Positions 28,419 through 43,322 of a stretch of 64,000 nucleotides of DNA are shown one piece after another. The position numbers were made by a program, and so were the translations under genes. The notes under the pieces are model-generated. The model worked only from the letters and a program-made list of their open reading frames with translations. It made no database searches and was not told the origin of the DNA. Every line of letters starts with the position of its first letter. Positions within the stretch are counted from its first letter, which is position 1. Source of the stretch: Octopus sinensis (taxonomy: Eukaryota); NCBI RefSeq assembly GCF_006345805.1, contig NC_043000.1, forward strand, positions 90,768,001 to 90,832,000. The letters run 5' to 3'.

Positions 28419-29152
28419 ATATATATATATGTATATACATTTATGTACATACATAAATATGTATACACACGCACACACGGGCACGCGCGTGCACACACAA
28501 ACACACACGTATATATATACGTAAAATGGGCATATTTGATAACTGATATTTATATTCGCACTGGCGTTTATGCATATACATACGTACGTTCATCCATCCA
28601 TTCATACATGCTCACATATAATAGTCAAGGACTTAAATGCTAGTGTTGAAGAAAGATGAGACTTCTATTATAAATGTGCAAAAATAATAGGGATTTTGCT
28701 CTCAGAATTAATGCTGGTCTTGCCTGCAGCCACATAAAGATTCCATCTGTATTCACCAAACCGATGATTCGTATCTTTTAAGAACAGAACGGTATTCTTG
28801 GCGGGAAAGGAGAAAAGAGAAGTGATGGATCGCTTACCTGCAGGTATAAATCTTTTTCGTTCGGATGGGAGGGGGATATGAAAAGGAACTGTCTTGAATG
28901 ATAATTGTGATGGAATGACACCCCTTGTTCAAAGAATGCTGCTGCAAGGGAAGCTGTTTTACAGTTTGAGAAAAATTAGCGCGAGTAAAAACACGCACAC
29001 GCACGTACGGACACACGCATGAAGTTACTGAAAAACTAACACACGCACGTTTACAGAGTCACATAGTGGAACACATATTTCACCACCAATAAACATAGAT
29101 ACATACAGGCATATATATATATATATATAGATACATAAACATAGATACATAC

Positions 29153-29193
<41 letters not shown>

Positions 29194-29646
29194 TAGATAG
29201 ATAGATAGATAGACATAGATACATGCAGGCATATATATATATATATTCACATACATGCACACTTACATGCTAACATATATACAGACGGATATGCATGCAT
29301 ATGGGCTGAGTGTACATATGCACGCGAAAAATATACATACAGGAATAATTTTATGCGTACATACGCAGACTAATGCATCACTGCATAAACTCACGATTAT
29401 ATGCATTTACTTATATACATAAGAAAATATATACACGCGTGGGGACACACTGAGAAATGCACATCAGTTTTAAGAATCTACGTGCACACACACACACACA
29501 CGCATACATTCACACACATAGACACACACATGCACATACGTATAAAAACCCACATCACACAGAGAATTATACGCATATTAGTAAATCATGAATATATCGG
29601 TATGCATGCGCGAGAGTGAAATTAGTTATCACAGACACACACACAA

Positions 29647-29684
<38 letters not shown>

Positions 29685-29767
29685 TACTTATATATATTAA
29701 TATGTATATCAGTATATATAATATATATTATTATGTATATATGTATGTGTATATGTATATATGCATG

Positions 29768-29798
<31 letters not shown>

Positions 29799-29950
29799 TT
29801 ATATATATATATAATATACACACATAAATATGTAAATATATATATATATGTATATATATACATACACACACACACATATATATGTATATATATATACATA
29901 CACAAACTGTACACACAAACACACACACACACACACACACAACACACACA

Positions 29951-30003
<53 letters not shown>

Positions 30004-30513
30004 CTATATATATATATGCACGTCTGTTATGTGCATCAGTCTAGTATTGTCTCTTAAACTCTGAAACTTTGCTTATTCACACATTTGAGAAACACACACG
30101 CGCCAGTTTGTTCACCCCCCCTATACACACAGCACGTAAGAACATATATGAGCATTTTTCTGTGTGTATGTGTATTTTGAGACAATCAACAGACACGGCA
30201 ATCACTGGATAATCCATTCATCCATTTATAGATATATTTGTACATAAAGATAAATGTCCACATACGGAGACTCATTGGAACGCAATTATATAGACTAATT
30301 GCACTCTTCTACACACCCAAACACATGTAGACACTAAGATATACACACCCGTGCGCGCACACACATACACACACACAATATATATATATATAATATATAC
30401 ACTATATATATATATACACACACACATTCACTTAAATATACTCACGTCATTTTATCTCCCTACCTATCTATCTATCTATCTATCTATCTATACATACATA
30501 TACATTTACATAC

Positions 30514-30560
<47 letters not shown>

Positions 30561-30993
30561 ATATATATATATATACGTTGTGTGTGTATATATATTCTTA
30601 GGCAGCCTAGACGTCTAAATGAACTTACCCAGGAATAAAGAATATACATCGTTAACTTTAGCCATCTAAACTTGCAGATATCGACCGTTATAGATACATA
30701 CATGTATAGGCATGTAGACGTTAGACATAGATGCACTAAGAAGCACTCCAATATATATACCTACCTATTTATTAATCCTTCAGTTTACGCAGATAAATGC
30801 CTGCATCTCAGACGGACACAAAAAAAGGCGGGAATGAATATCCACATGACAACTTACGTAATATATATATATATATATATATATACTATATACACATACA
30901 TGCCAGATATATGTACATGCATAGATACATACTGACGTGAATATATATATATACTTACATACACATAGATACTTATATAAATATATATATATT

Positions 30994-31031
<38 letters not shown>

Positions 31032-31260
31032 TATATATGTGTGTGTGTGTGTGTGTATTGGTGTGTGTATATGTGTACATGTACATCCATATACAAACAT
31101 GCTTGCATACATACAGTTCCAGTGGAATTCACAGTCACGCGACTAAACATGCCCATTTATTGACAACTACACTGCCTGATACCAACCACACTAAGAACCC
31201 GACTTAAACACACACACATACAAAAGACACTAAAACACAGACCACTCATATATGTATGCA

Positions 31261-31308
<48 letters not shown>

Positions 31309-31914
31309 TATAGATAGATATATATAGTATATATATATAGATGAATAAATAGATAAATATAGAACATATACATTATATCATCTATACATACGTATACATT
31401 ATTTTTATATATATATGTATATGTATATATACACATATATACAAATACATATACAATTATATATATATACGTATGTATGTATATATGTATGTACATATGC
31501 ATTATTTTTTGTGTGTGTGTACATACATACATAAATATGTTGTGTGTGTGTGTGTGTGTGTTTGTGTATCTGTACACATATATACACAAACACATTTCTA
31601 TGTTCGTATGCATATGACTGTTTGCCTCTGTGTGTAGTTACAAACACGCATGCGTATACATATTTCCTCCTACTCAGTGTTGATAAACTGCAAGAAGATG
31701 GCGGATTTTCTGGCCATAGAAAGTATATCAAATTATAGACAAACAAATGACGAGATACAGTTTAACAACACAACGCACTGGACAAAATACATGGGTAAAG
31801 GTTCCATATAGACAAGAGGTACCTCCCTAATTATTCTGTAGTTTTGCTCATGCGCTTTTGTTCTTATTGCTTGTGTTTATTTTCATGCTCCAGTATGTTT
31901 ATTTCCACTATCGC

Positions 31915-32350
31915 GACGGCAACGACGAAGACGATCACGACGACGACGGCCACCACCACCACCACCACCATCATCATCGCTTTCCCCGCCACCGTCGACA
32001 CCACCGCCACCATCGACACCACCACTACCATCGACACCACCACTACCAACGACATCACCGCCACCATCGACACAAACGCCACCAACACCAACACCACCTC
32101 CACCGCCACCGCCACCGCCACCACCACCGTCCAACCCGACGACGATGACCACCACCATCACCATCGCCATCACCACCACGGCCACCACAGCCACCGCGAT
32201 AACATGACGACGATACGACGACTACTACCAACGTCCACCGCCACCACCATCGCCACCACAGCAGCCGCCGCCACCACCACTGCCCACCACCACCACCACC
32301 ACCACCACCACCACCACCACCACCACCACCACAACCACTACCACCACTTT
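31915..32350. repeat. (CAC)/(CAT)/(CGC) degenerate trinucleotide array
   Basis: Direct sequence; source of the poly-T, poly-H and poly-G ORFs. Confidence 0.85.
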
Positions 32351-32793
32351 CGAGAACCACCCGCGTTTCTTCGTAGTCTCGTATTATTCCTGCAAATGTG
32401 TCATGGTGCTAACAGTTCCCAAGACACGAACTTGTCTCTAAAATACCGTTCTTTATAAAACTTGCATTTAATCAATGTTATCAGAGATTTCACGTTGTCA
32501 GAGACGTCACGAAATGTAGGCAGATTAAGGGTTTGGAATTCCGGAGAAAGGAAACCCACTACAATCGTCCTTCTTACAGAAAACATTTCTCATTCGTATT
32601 ATATTTCTACAGCCCCCTTTAAGATGGCCGTCTGTCTGAAACAATGAAACATTAGATGAAAAGACGTTGCAATATATTTTGTTTGTTTCACCATTGCATT
32701 ATATGTTTAAATCTCATGAGACACAACGTCATCTTTCATCTTATTAAAGAGAAGAGTGTTAAAGATTGAATGTTAATATAACAAGAGAGAGAC

Positions 32794-33352
32794 GGCGGCG
32801 AGCTGGCAGAAACGTTAGCACGCCGGGCGAAATGCGTAGCCGTATTTCGACTGCCGTTACGTTCAATTTCCGACTTTGCCTTTCATCCTTTTGGGGTCGA
32901 TAAATTAAGTACCAGTTACGCACTGGGGTAGATGTAATCGACTTAATTCCCTTTGTCTGTCCTTGTTTGTCCTCTCTGTGTTTAGCCCCTTGTGGGTAGT
33001 AAAGAAATAGGTATTTCGTCTGCCGCTACGTTCTGAGTTCAAATTCTGCCGAGGTCGACTTTGCCTTTCATCATTTCGGGGTCGATAAAATAAGGACCAG
33101 TTACGCACTGGGGTCGATATAAACGACTTAATCTGTTTGTCTGTCCTTGTTTGTCCCCTCTGTGTTTAGCCCCTTGTGGGTAGTAAAGAAATAGGTATTT
33201 CGTCCGTCTGTGTTTTAAGTTCAAATTCCGCCGAGGTCGAGTGACATCTTTTCGGGGCTGATAAAATAAGTACCATTTGAGCGCTGTGGTCGATGCAATC
33301 GGTTTGCCCCTCTTACAAAATTACTAGCCTTGTGCCAAAACCTGAAATCAAT
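32794..33352 (+). mobile_element. SINE family C with three tandem core units
   Basis: Head GGCGGCGAGCTGGCAGAAACGTTAGCACGCCGGGCGAAATGC; core restarts (GTATTTCG) at 32842, 33011 and 33195. Confidence 0.85.
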
Positions 33353-33654
33353 ATAAGTGAAAGGGTTTCTGAGAAAAGGTAAAACAACAACAACAAGAAA
33401 AAGCTAACCTCTTAGATTCTACATAGTTGCTGAAAGTACTAGAAATAACCAAATATCCTTACAAATTGTAGAAATAGATTGTTGGATAATAATCTGGTCC
33501 ACGATACAGTTTGTTTGAAAATAAGGTGGATTTGCGAGAAAGCCTTTTCTTGTTTCTCCCTCAGGGTAGTGTTGAGGTTATACATCAACAATAACAATAA
33601 CAACAATAACAATGGTATTAACTGTTACATAATGTGAAATTTGAGGATAAATAA

Positions 33655-33888
33655 TAAATAAATGCGCCCTTTTAAAGCCTAGCCAGGCTCACGGGCCCGG
33701 CGTATGTGTTCCCCAGCTGGACGGGACGCCAGTCCATCGCAGCATTACTCATTTTTGCCAGCTGAGTGGACTGGAGCAATGTGAAATGAAGTGTTTTGCT
33801 CAAGAACACATCGCCCGGTCCAGGAATCGAAACCACAACCATACGATCATGAGTTCAACACCCTAACCACTAAGCCACGCGCCTCCAC
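33655..33888 (-). mobile_element. SINE family A
   Basis: Reverse complement head GTGGAGGCGCGTGGCTTAGTGGTTAGGG..GGTTTCGATTCC; A-rich tail. Confidence 0.8.
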
Positions 33889-34633
33889 TGAAATTTGAGG
33901 ATACATATACATAAAACCTTTGTTATTTTGGCATTGTTTATGAATCTAATCAAATATCTTCAAACAGCACAGCACATTGTAAAGAAGTGAGACACATAAA
34001 CAGTTATTCTTAATCAAAGAAGAGACAGCAATACTAGTGTTCATACATTTTTCTGATAAGCTAACCTACAGCAAATAACAGTTTCACACCAGCGCAATAA
34101 AAACAAATATATGCACAAATATTCAGGTCTATATAATTATATTATCTTCATAAAATCAATCAAATATTACGAAGATTTATAATTAGTGTGCGGTTTGTAC
34201 TAACTCCAATGATAATTTTAATTAGATAATTACTATAAAGGAGAGAAACCAGAATAACATATCTAACGATTACAACACAAGCTCTAACATATTTCAAATT
34301 TTGGACAGGTGATGGTAACGACATAGTAATTACATCTAGCATTAGTTATTGTAGCAGTAAGAAAACTTATTATACAAAACCAACAATATTATATGGATTC
34401 ACTTTATGCTAGATGCAAACTTCATAATGTTTCGTATAATGGTGAAGCGTTTAAGGATTTTAGCATTAATTAATGAGTATATTTATCTGATAAATGGTAT
34501 AAAAAGCCTCTCCGTATAAACATTTTAAGTGTACAAGACTGATGTTTAGTTAGGAAAATATTAATTTATTGGTCTCCGTAATTATCAGTAGATAATTATG
34601 GACGCTATTTGTATTCAGTTTATACAGCTCATT

Positions 34634-35125
34634 GTGAAGGTGCAATGGCCCAGTGGTTAGGGCTGCGGACTCGCGGTTTCGAATCGCAGACCGGGCACTG
34701 TGAGTGTTTATTGAGCAAAAGCACCTAAAGATCCACGACGCTCCGGCAGGGGTGGTGGTGAACCCTGCTGTACTCTTTCACCACAACTTTCTCTCACTCT
34801 TTCTTCCTGTTTCTGTTGTACCTGTATTTCAAAGGGCCAGCCTTGTAACACTCTGTGTCACGCTGAATATTCCCGAGAACAACGGTAAGGGTACATGTGT
34901 CTGTGAAATGCTCGGCCACATGCACGTTAATAAATGAGCTGCGACGTCACTGTTGCCAAGCTGTATCGGCCTTTGCCTTTCCCTTGGATAACATCGGTGG
35001 CGTGGAGAGGGGAGGCTGGTATGCATGAGCGACTGATGGTTTTCCATAAACAACCGTGCCCAGACTTGTGCCTCGGAGGATAAATTTCTAGGTGCAATCC
35101 CATGGTCAGTCATAACCGAAGTGGG
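34634..35125 (+). mobile_element. SINE family A, long form
   Basis: GTGAAGGTGCAATGGCCCAGTGGTTAGGG head; body shared with 41565 and 26376. Confidence 0.8.
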
Positions 35126-36752
35126 TCATAACAATTCAGCTCCTTGTAAATGAGCAACAGCTACTAGAGCATAACATCATCTTTATAATGCGATACAAAC
35201 TGTTATTTCTAGTACCATTTGTCAAAACATAATTGCCAGACTTTTGGAAATGTTTTCCACGTTCTACTGACGTTCTACTGACGTTCTACTGACGTTATAC
35301 TGATGATTTTTCTATTCAGTTAGCAAATGAGTATCTGAGACAGAATCATTATAACCATTCAAACTGGATAACGTAAACTAGACATAAAAGTCAGCATCAG
35401 ATAAATAACTGACGACGTTGCCGGCAACTGTTAAAGCTAATCTTATTTACTTTCCTAATCTTATTGAACATCTCACAATATATAAACCGCAAAAGGAAAA
35501 TATGAACCGTTTTAAGTGTAATTAAACTAGTTTTTCATGCATAGATGTATCAAATTATGTTAAATCTTAAATTCCAGGTACCTACGTCAATCATTCTTGT
35601 TCCAGATGTGCTTCGAAAACGATGTAGCAATTACTTTGTGATGGAGATTGTGTGAGTTCGTATACTGATATAATTTGCTTTTAAATGAGTTTTCTGTTAA
35701 GCCTGTGAAACATATCGTGTAGTTGACATTTTTCCCCCTTATAGTGGCCTCATACACGAGGCAGCTATTCAGGAATTAGCTGTCCACCGGACAAAACTCA
35801 ATGTTTCAACTATTATAGTTATTTTCAATTTAGTTTCTACTGTAAATTATTTTCTTTGAAGTTGTTGAGCTATAACTGGATGTTATATTTTTCATGCTGA
35901 AAAATTTATGAAGCTTGTTCCCTTTGTGCATGTGTCTGTAGCGAGAAAGATGAATTGTTTTATTGCTCTGGTTATAATATGATTGAAAAATGGAATGAGA
36001 AAGACCATAATTTTGTATATGTTTTTGTAGTTGGGGTTAGTGTTAGACCACTTTCGTGTTTACGCGAGTACAACAAGGTCATCTAACATCTCGTTGTTCA
36101 CAAGAATTCCATGTAAATATATATATAGTGAGAATTTACAAAAACCGAAAGACGAAGACGGGTGTGTAACCAACAAACAGATGTATTAGTTTAACGCTTG
36201 GCAAGAGAGGAAGTAAACAGGGAGAGAAAATAGATAAAGTTTACTGGCTAACGATGTATCATGGTGAATATATATATAATCAATTCAAATAAACAGTATA
36301 TATATAATCAATTCAAATAGACAGTAAATTGAAATAATAAAATTGACAGAAAACAAGAGGACGTGCACAAGGAATGAATTAGCATGACGCTCGGGGAAAA
36401 GAGCGAGTTTCATATTTCGATTATAGCTCTTCGTCTGAAAGGTGAAAGAGGAAAAGTTCGCAGAAGGGAAGGAAATCACAAACAGCTCGCTAATACATTC
36501 CTTGTGCATTTGAATTGATTGTTTATTTGAATTGACCATTACTACAAGCTCACAAAGTCCTTGCGACTGATTATTTGGAGTACCTGATTCAAGGATTTAT
36601 ACACTACCCTTGGATTACGGTACCTTCAAATTCCCTCTGAGTATGTCGTTTCTGCACTTTTGGTAATAACGCCATACCAACATCATAAATTTGACTGTCG
36701 AAATTAAGAGATTTAGACGAAAGAGGATCGATTATACAACTGGGCCCTGTAC

Positions 36753-36825
<73 letters not shown>

Positions 36826-36984
36826 CTATATATTACATACATATATATATATATGTGGTATAATATATATATATGTATACATATATATGCATATATATAT
36901 ATAATATATAATATATATATAATATATATATATACATACATACATATATAATGTATGTATTATATATATATACATATATATGAA

Positions 36985-37198
36985 TATATATGTTTGTGGC
37001 GTCTGTGTTAGTCCTCCCCAACGTCGCTTCACAACCAATGTTGGTGCGTTTGCGTTTATGCCCCCACTTAGCAGTTTGTCAAAAGACACCGATAGGTTAA
37101 GTACTATGCTTCCAAAGATTGAGTCCTCGGGTCGATATTTTTGACTAAATGCGGCGCTCCAGCATAGCCGCAATCAAATGACTGAAGCAAGTAAAATA
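36985..37198 (+). mobile_element. SINE family B 3' half (similar halves at ~37955-38152 and ~57680-57868)
   Basis: CGCTT(G/C)ACAACC..TTAGC(A/G)GTT..CCAGCAT(A/G)GCCGCA..ATGACTGAA tail. Confidence 0.7.
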
Positions 37199-37263
37199 AT
37201 AAAAGAATATGCATATACACACACATACATACATACATACATACATGCATACATACATACATG

Positions 37264-37297
<34 letters not shown>

Positions 37298-37549
37298 CAC
37301 ACACACACACACTCACATATATATGCGTGTCAGTGTGCTTCTAAGGAGACGGATAAAAGAGGTGTGACATAGCCTGAAGGATTCGAAAGCCGCATATGGT
37401 GTAAATTGTATACCTTCTTTGGTTTGCCATTAAGCCAAAGCAACATCAGAGGTTCATAGTATGAGTTTTAATTGTTGCTACTCTTTCTAGTCTGTGTTGA
37501 ACACATTTTACTAATTCTACACACACACACACACACACAAACAAACACA

Positions 37550-37587
<38 letters not shown>

Positions 37588-37786
37588 CTGACATACACAC
37601 ACACAAATACACACTCACACTCACATATGAACACACATACACAAGCATTTATGTGAATGTAAGTGTATGTACGTGAATATATGTATTTATATATGTATAC
37701 ATATATGTAATTTTGCATACATATATATATGGATTTTTGTATATATATATATATATATATATACACATACATATATATACATTCAA

Positions 37787-37825
<39 letters not shown>

Positions 37826-38787
37826 CATGCATACATACACACACACACATATATATATATATATACTCATACATGCATACATGTATACATACATAAATAC
37901 ATGCACACACCCACACACACATATATATATATATATACGTCTATATGTTTATTTGTGTGTGTGTGTGTGCCTGTGTTTGTCCCCACGCTATCGCTTGATG
38001 TGTGTTTACGTCCCCGTAACCTAGCGGTTCGTCAAAAGAGACGATAGAATAGGTACTAAGCTTACAAAGAATGAATCCTGGGGTCGATTTGTTAGGCTGA
38101 AAGTGGTACTCCAGCATGGCCGCACTCACATGACTGAAACAAGTAAAAGAATATATTATATATATATATACACATACATACATACATATATATATCATAT
38201 TATATTATATTATATCATATATAATATATATATATATAATATATATTATATGTATATATATGTGTGTGTGTTTCGTATATGTAATATCTCTGCCAAATAT
38301 TGATAAAGTGGTACGTTTATGTGCGGATACGTTTACATCACAGGTATTATCAAAAAGATTACTTACCTTGCGCTTTTTTTTTAAAGATAATGATCACATT
38401 GACACAAATAAATGCAGCAAATAAATGAAAGAAAATGAAATGTATACAAATCTACGCTACCCCCTTATTTATATAAATGTGTCTGTATATGTGTGTGAGT
38501 ATATATATATATATATGCGCAACCCCACTCCCATATGCACACACCTGCAGAGATATATTAAATATATGAATAATGTTGAAAGTTTGTCTATCATTTATAT
38601 TTACAATACTGATAGGAAAACTTTTTTTGATCAGAACTAAAATGCGCCAAAAGTTCCATGTGCGATAAGATCTATAGGGTGAGTGTGGGGAAACAATGAG
38701 AAATATATAGAAAGCGAGAGCTAGAGAGAGAGAGAGAGAGATAGTGAGAGTGTGTGTGTGTGTGTGGTGGTATGTGTGTGTGTGTGT

Positions 38788-38838
<51 letters not shown>

Positions 38839-38974
38839 TGTAGTGAATAATAATAGTAATAAGACGAAGAAATATTAGGAGTAGTGGGAAGAGGAGAAGA
38901 ACGAGAGGAGACTGGAAACAAATAAGAAAATGAATGAGAAGATTAATAGGAAGAATAATGAAATGAAAATATAG

Positions 38975-39720
38975 AAATCGTACCAGAAGAAGAAGAAGAA
39001 GAAGAAGAAGAAGAAGAAGAAGGAAAATTAAACATTACAAAGAAAAGGAAGAATGCAAAGTAGAAAAACGAAGAAACGCAAGGAGAGACTATAGAAGATA
39101 AAGAAAAAGTATAAGACCAGGAGTAACAATAAGATGAACGAGGAGGAAAAGAAGGAGAAGAAGTATAAAACACTAAGAATAAAATGGAATGCAGAAGAAG
39201 AAGAAGAAGAAGAAGAAGAAGGAAGAAGAAAAAGAAGAAGAAGATGATGATGAAGAAGAAGAAGAAGAGGAAGAAGAAGAAGAAGTTCTAATATAAATAT
39301 AAGACGAAGGATAAGGTAAAGAAGAAAAAGAGGGGGAAGAAGGATGAGACCAAGAAGAAGCAGGACTAAGGAAAATAGGAAGGAAAGTGAAATATTAAGA
39401 CTAAGAATGAGAATAAAGAGGAAGAGGAGAAGGGGGGGGGCTGAGTGAAGAAGAAGGAAAATGAAATAGAAAAAAAGAAGAATACGTAGAAGAATGAAAA
39501 TGCGAACAAGGTCAAGGAGGGGACGAAGAGAAGTGTTAGAAGAGTAGAGGCAGAAGATTAAGAGGGAACAGACGAAGATGAAAAAGAAGAGCTGCATGAA
39601 GAAGAAGTCTAAGATTCAGACTAAAAACGTGTAGAAAGTGAAGGAAGAGAAGAAGTAGAAAAAGAAGACGAGGAGGAGGAGGAAGGGGAAAAATAAAAAT
39701 AAATGAAGTTGAAAAAGAAG
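38975..39720. repeat. (GAA)n purine-rich low-complexity tract
   Basis: Direct sequence. Confidence 0.9.
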
Positions 39721-40457
39721 ACGAAAATACTAAACACTTTTTTCCAAGTGAATAATTTTTATTTATCGCTTTTCATATTAAATAATGTCTTTTGTAATAT
39801 CTTTTTCCTTTTATATATTTTTTGAACAAAAAAAAAAAATTCGTTGCATTTTCGTTATTTTAAATTTTTTTCTAATTTTATTTATTTATTATTTTTTTAA
39901 TATTTTGACAGAAATTTCAGGTAGATTATGTCTAAAGTTTCTCGCCAAAGATGAAAAAAAAAAAAAAAAAATAAGCGAAAGAAAAGCCAAACAAACAAAA
40001 TAATTCAAAAAGAAAAAGAAAACTTACCATTTATTTATTTATTAATTATATTTTTTGCCTTATTTTCTGTCTGCCATTCTCGAGAAGAAAATTATAAAAT
40101 TATATATATGTATGTACATATATATATATTTCTTCGTCTTCTTTCTGTCTCACTCATGATTTCGAAATTTCTCACTTCTGCTCTGACTCCCTCCCTTCTT
40201 CCCGTCCCCTACCTCCAACCCTCTCTACCGCCCGCCTCTCGATATTTCTGCCTACCCCTCCTCCCCTGCTGCTCTGCCCCACCCTACTGCATTTAATACT
40301 TCAAGAAACAAGAATAGATGTTTTCTTTTCTTCTGGTTGACAATTATTTTGTTTGTAAATTTCGTATTTTTTTCGCCTTCTATTTGTTTTTATTAAAATA
40401 TTTTTAACCAAGAATTTTTCATTTATCAAATAATGTGTATATACATTCATACATACA

Positions 40458-40517
<60 letters not shown>

Positions 40518-41564
40518 CATGTGTATGAGATATACAGATTTATAATGTATATACATATATCTATATCTATATATATATATATATACAAATCCATATATAT
40601 ATGTATGCAAAATTACGTACAAACAAATATATGGATGTCATTTAAACCATTTTTTATTCTTTGTTTAATATTTTATTGCCTTGAGATATTATATATTTTT
40701 TATACTTGATGATGATGATGATGATGATTATGATTATGATGATGATGCAGATGTTGCTGCTGCTGTTACTTCCTATGATCATAATACTGACGGCTGTGCC
40801 GATATAACGCTGGACTACTAGTTGGCATGACGTTGGTTCGTATCCCGTCACCGAGTGTCGCTTTACTGCGCTAGGACCATAAAGACTCTCAATATATCGG
40901 TTTGCCGCCAGTGAAACTAAGCGACACGGTGTGTTCATGTCATTTCTGCAATATTAGATTGATAAAAAATCCCTTATGATACAACTTTATGTTCATTTCT
41001 GACTACCGTATAAGACGATTGAAGAACACCTGTGTCCTAAACAAAGGAGACAGTCATTGCTTTTCTACTGAGATGAGAGAGACGGCAAAACATTGCTTCG
41101 CATTTGAAATAATACAGCTGCTGTTATACACAAACGAATCCTACATATGGTTCATAGAAAGTTTACTCAACTGTTCGGCTTGTAATCACCCAATGGCACG
41201 TTCCACATACTTCTCACAGGCTGTACCTTTCCTAAAATTGCTCTAGTGACCTCATTTCCTTCCCCATAGCTAGCCTTATAATAATCTCACACTGCTCACT
41301 CCCGAAACACACGTTTACCCTGATCGCATCACTCATATTGCGTCCAATGTGTAACACTTGGCGCAAGCTCCTCTTCCTAGTATTTCCTCATCCGCAATTT
41401 CTCTTGTGATAATGTCTTCCCTGCACGCGTCAAATGGAATATTAACGGTAACGATCTCACCAGTCCCAGGCCGTCTGCGAGATCAATGACTACTGCTGTT
41501 TCTTCAATATCAAGAAAGTAAAAAAGAAAAAGAAAAGAAAAAAAGAAATAGTATTGTAAGAATT

Positions 41565-41880
41565 ATGGAGGCGCAATGGCCCAGTGGTTAGGGCAGCGAA
41601 CTCGCAGTCAGAGGATCGCGGTTTCGATTCCCAGTCCGGGCCTTGTGTGTGTTTATTTAGAGAAAACACCTAAAGCTCCACGAAGCTCCGGCAGAGGATG
41701 GTGGCGACCCCTGTTGTACTGTTTCGCCCCAACTTTCTCTCACCCTTTTTTCCTATTTCTTGAGTAACACTGCGATGAACTGGCGTCCCGTCCAGCTGGA
41801 GGAACACATACGCCATAGAAACCGGGAAATCGGGTCTATGAGCCTGGCTAGGCTTGAAAAGGACGCATAAATAATAAAAA
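41565..41880 (+). mobile_element. SINE family A
   Basis: ATGGAGGCGCAATGGCCCAGTGGTTAGGG..GGTTTCGATTCC; A-rich tail. Confidence 0.85.
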
Positions 41881-42949
41881 CGTAAGAAATAGAAATAAAC
41901 ACTGCATTAGGAGACTACGAAGGACTATGTAAGATAAAATGAGAGTATAATGAATGACATAAACACGATGATGAAATACGAAACTTTAATTAGTGATGAC
42001 GATGGGTAATGAGAATAATGATGTCGATGATTTGATGAAAATGGTCCTCACAAATAATATTGGATTCAAATTTTGGCACAAGGCCAGCAAGTTCATAGAC
42101 CCCCACCCCCGACAGGATGAAAAGCAAAAATCAGCCTCGGCGGAATTTGAACTCAGATCGTAAAGACGGACGAAATGCCGCTGAGCATTTTACCGGGCGC
42201 GGTGAGGATACTATCAGCTCGCTGCCCTCCCTCATTCATAATATTAATGATGGCATTCATAACTGACGTTGATGTTGATAGTGATGATGATCTTTCAAAA
42301 TTGTTTGTGCAGTAAAAAGAATTCAGTACTCACGAATCTTAACGGGCCTCCAAGAATGACAGTGTAAGGAAAATATTCTACAACTAGAAGCTTGGTTGGA
42401 ATGTTTACCGCAGATTGGAGTCCGCTAAAGTTACCCAACAGTCAGGTGATGGTGTTCATTCAAATAGGTTCTGGCAGAATTTGAATTCACAAAGACCCGA
42501 ATGAAATATCCCAATGCACCTACGACGCTCAAACGTTTCCGCCAGTCTGCCACACAAGATTTGGAACTTTATTTATCGACCCTTCTTTCCCGACCTCGGA
42601 AGACTGAAAGGCAAAGTTGACAGAAGCAGGGTATGAAACCAGGCGGAAAGTACCGGAAAAATACCGCAAGCCATTTCGTTTGACGCTCTGCAGTGGCTAT
42701 ATAGAGACGATAGTCACTATAGAGACGATAGTCACTATAGAGACGGTAGTCGTGGTGATGCGAAATTATGACTTTCAGAGTGATAGTAATAAGGATAATG
42801 ATGATGATGATAATGATGACGACGATGATGATGACAGCGATGATGATGAAGAATATCGTCAATGTTTTGATGATAATCCTGGAACTGTTGATGCTTTAAT
42901 TTTTTATGATTATAATGAGGACACTGACAATAATAACAATCCCTTCTTT

Positions 42950-43322
42950 TAAAGGCACAAGGTCAGAAATTTGGTGGGAGGGGACTAGTTCCTTACATCG
43001 ACTCCAGTGTTTCACTGGTACTTAATTTATCAACCCCGAAAGGATGAAGGCGAGTCGACTTCGGCGAAATTTGAACTAAGAATTAACGGCAGACGAAATA
43101 CCTATTTCTTTACTACCCACAGAGAGGACAAACAAGGACAGACAAACGGATTAAGTCGATTACATCGACCCCAGTGCGTAACTGGTACTTATTTAATCGA
43201 CCCTGAAAGGAAGAAAGGCAAAGTCGACCTCGGCGGAGTTTGAACTCAGAACGTAACGGCAGACGAAATACCGCAAAGCATTTAGCCCGGCGTGCTAACG
43301 TTTCTGCCAGCTCGCCGCCTTC
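42950..43322 (-). mobile_element. SINE family C with two core units
   Basis: Reverse complement of the 32794 head at 43265-43322; duplicated core. Confidence 0.85.

Noticed and set aside
31844-32458. 204-aa Thr/His-rich ORF resembling a mucin or His-rich protein
   Set aside because: Lies almost entirely in a (CAC)n-type array that is open in several frames on both strands; no supporting domain.
35259-35302. 11-bp tandem repeat x4 (also an 18-bp repeat x2.5 at ~42710-42750)
   Set aside because: No spacers, so ordinary local slippage duplications rather than CRISPR-like arrays.
39028-39597. 189-aa Leu/Phe-rich membrane-like ORF
   Set aside because: Reverse complement of a (GAA)n low-complexity tract.
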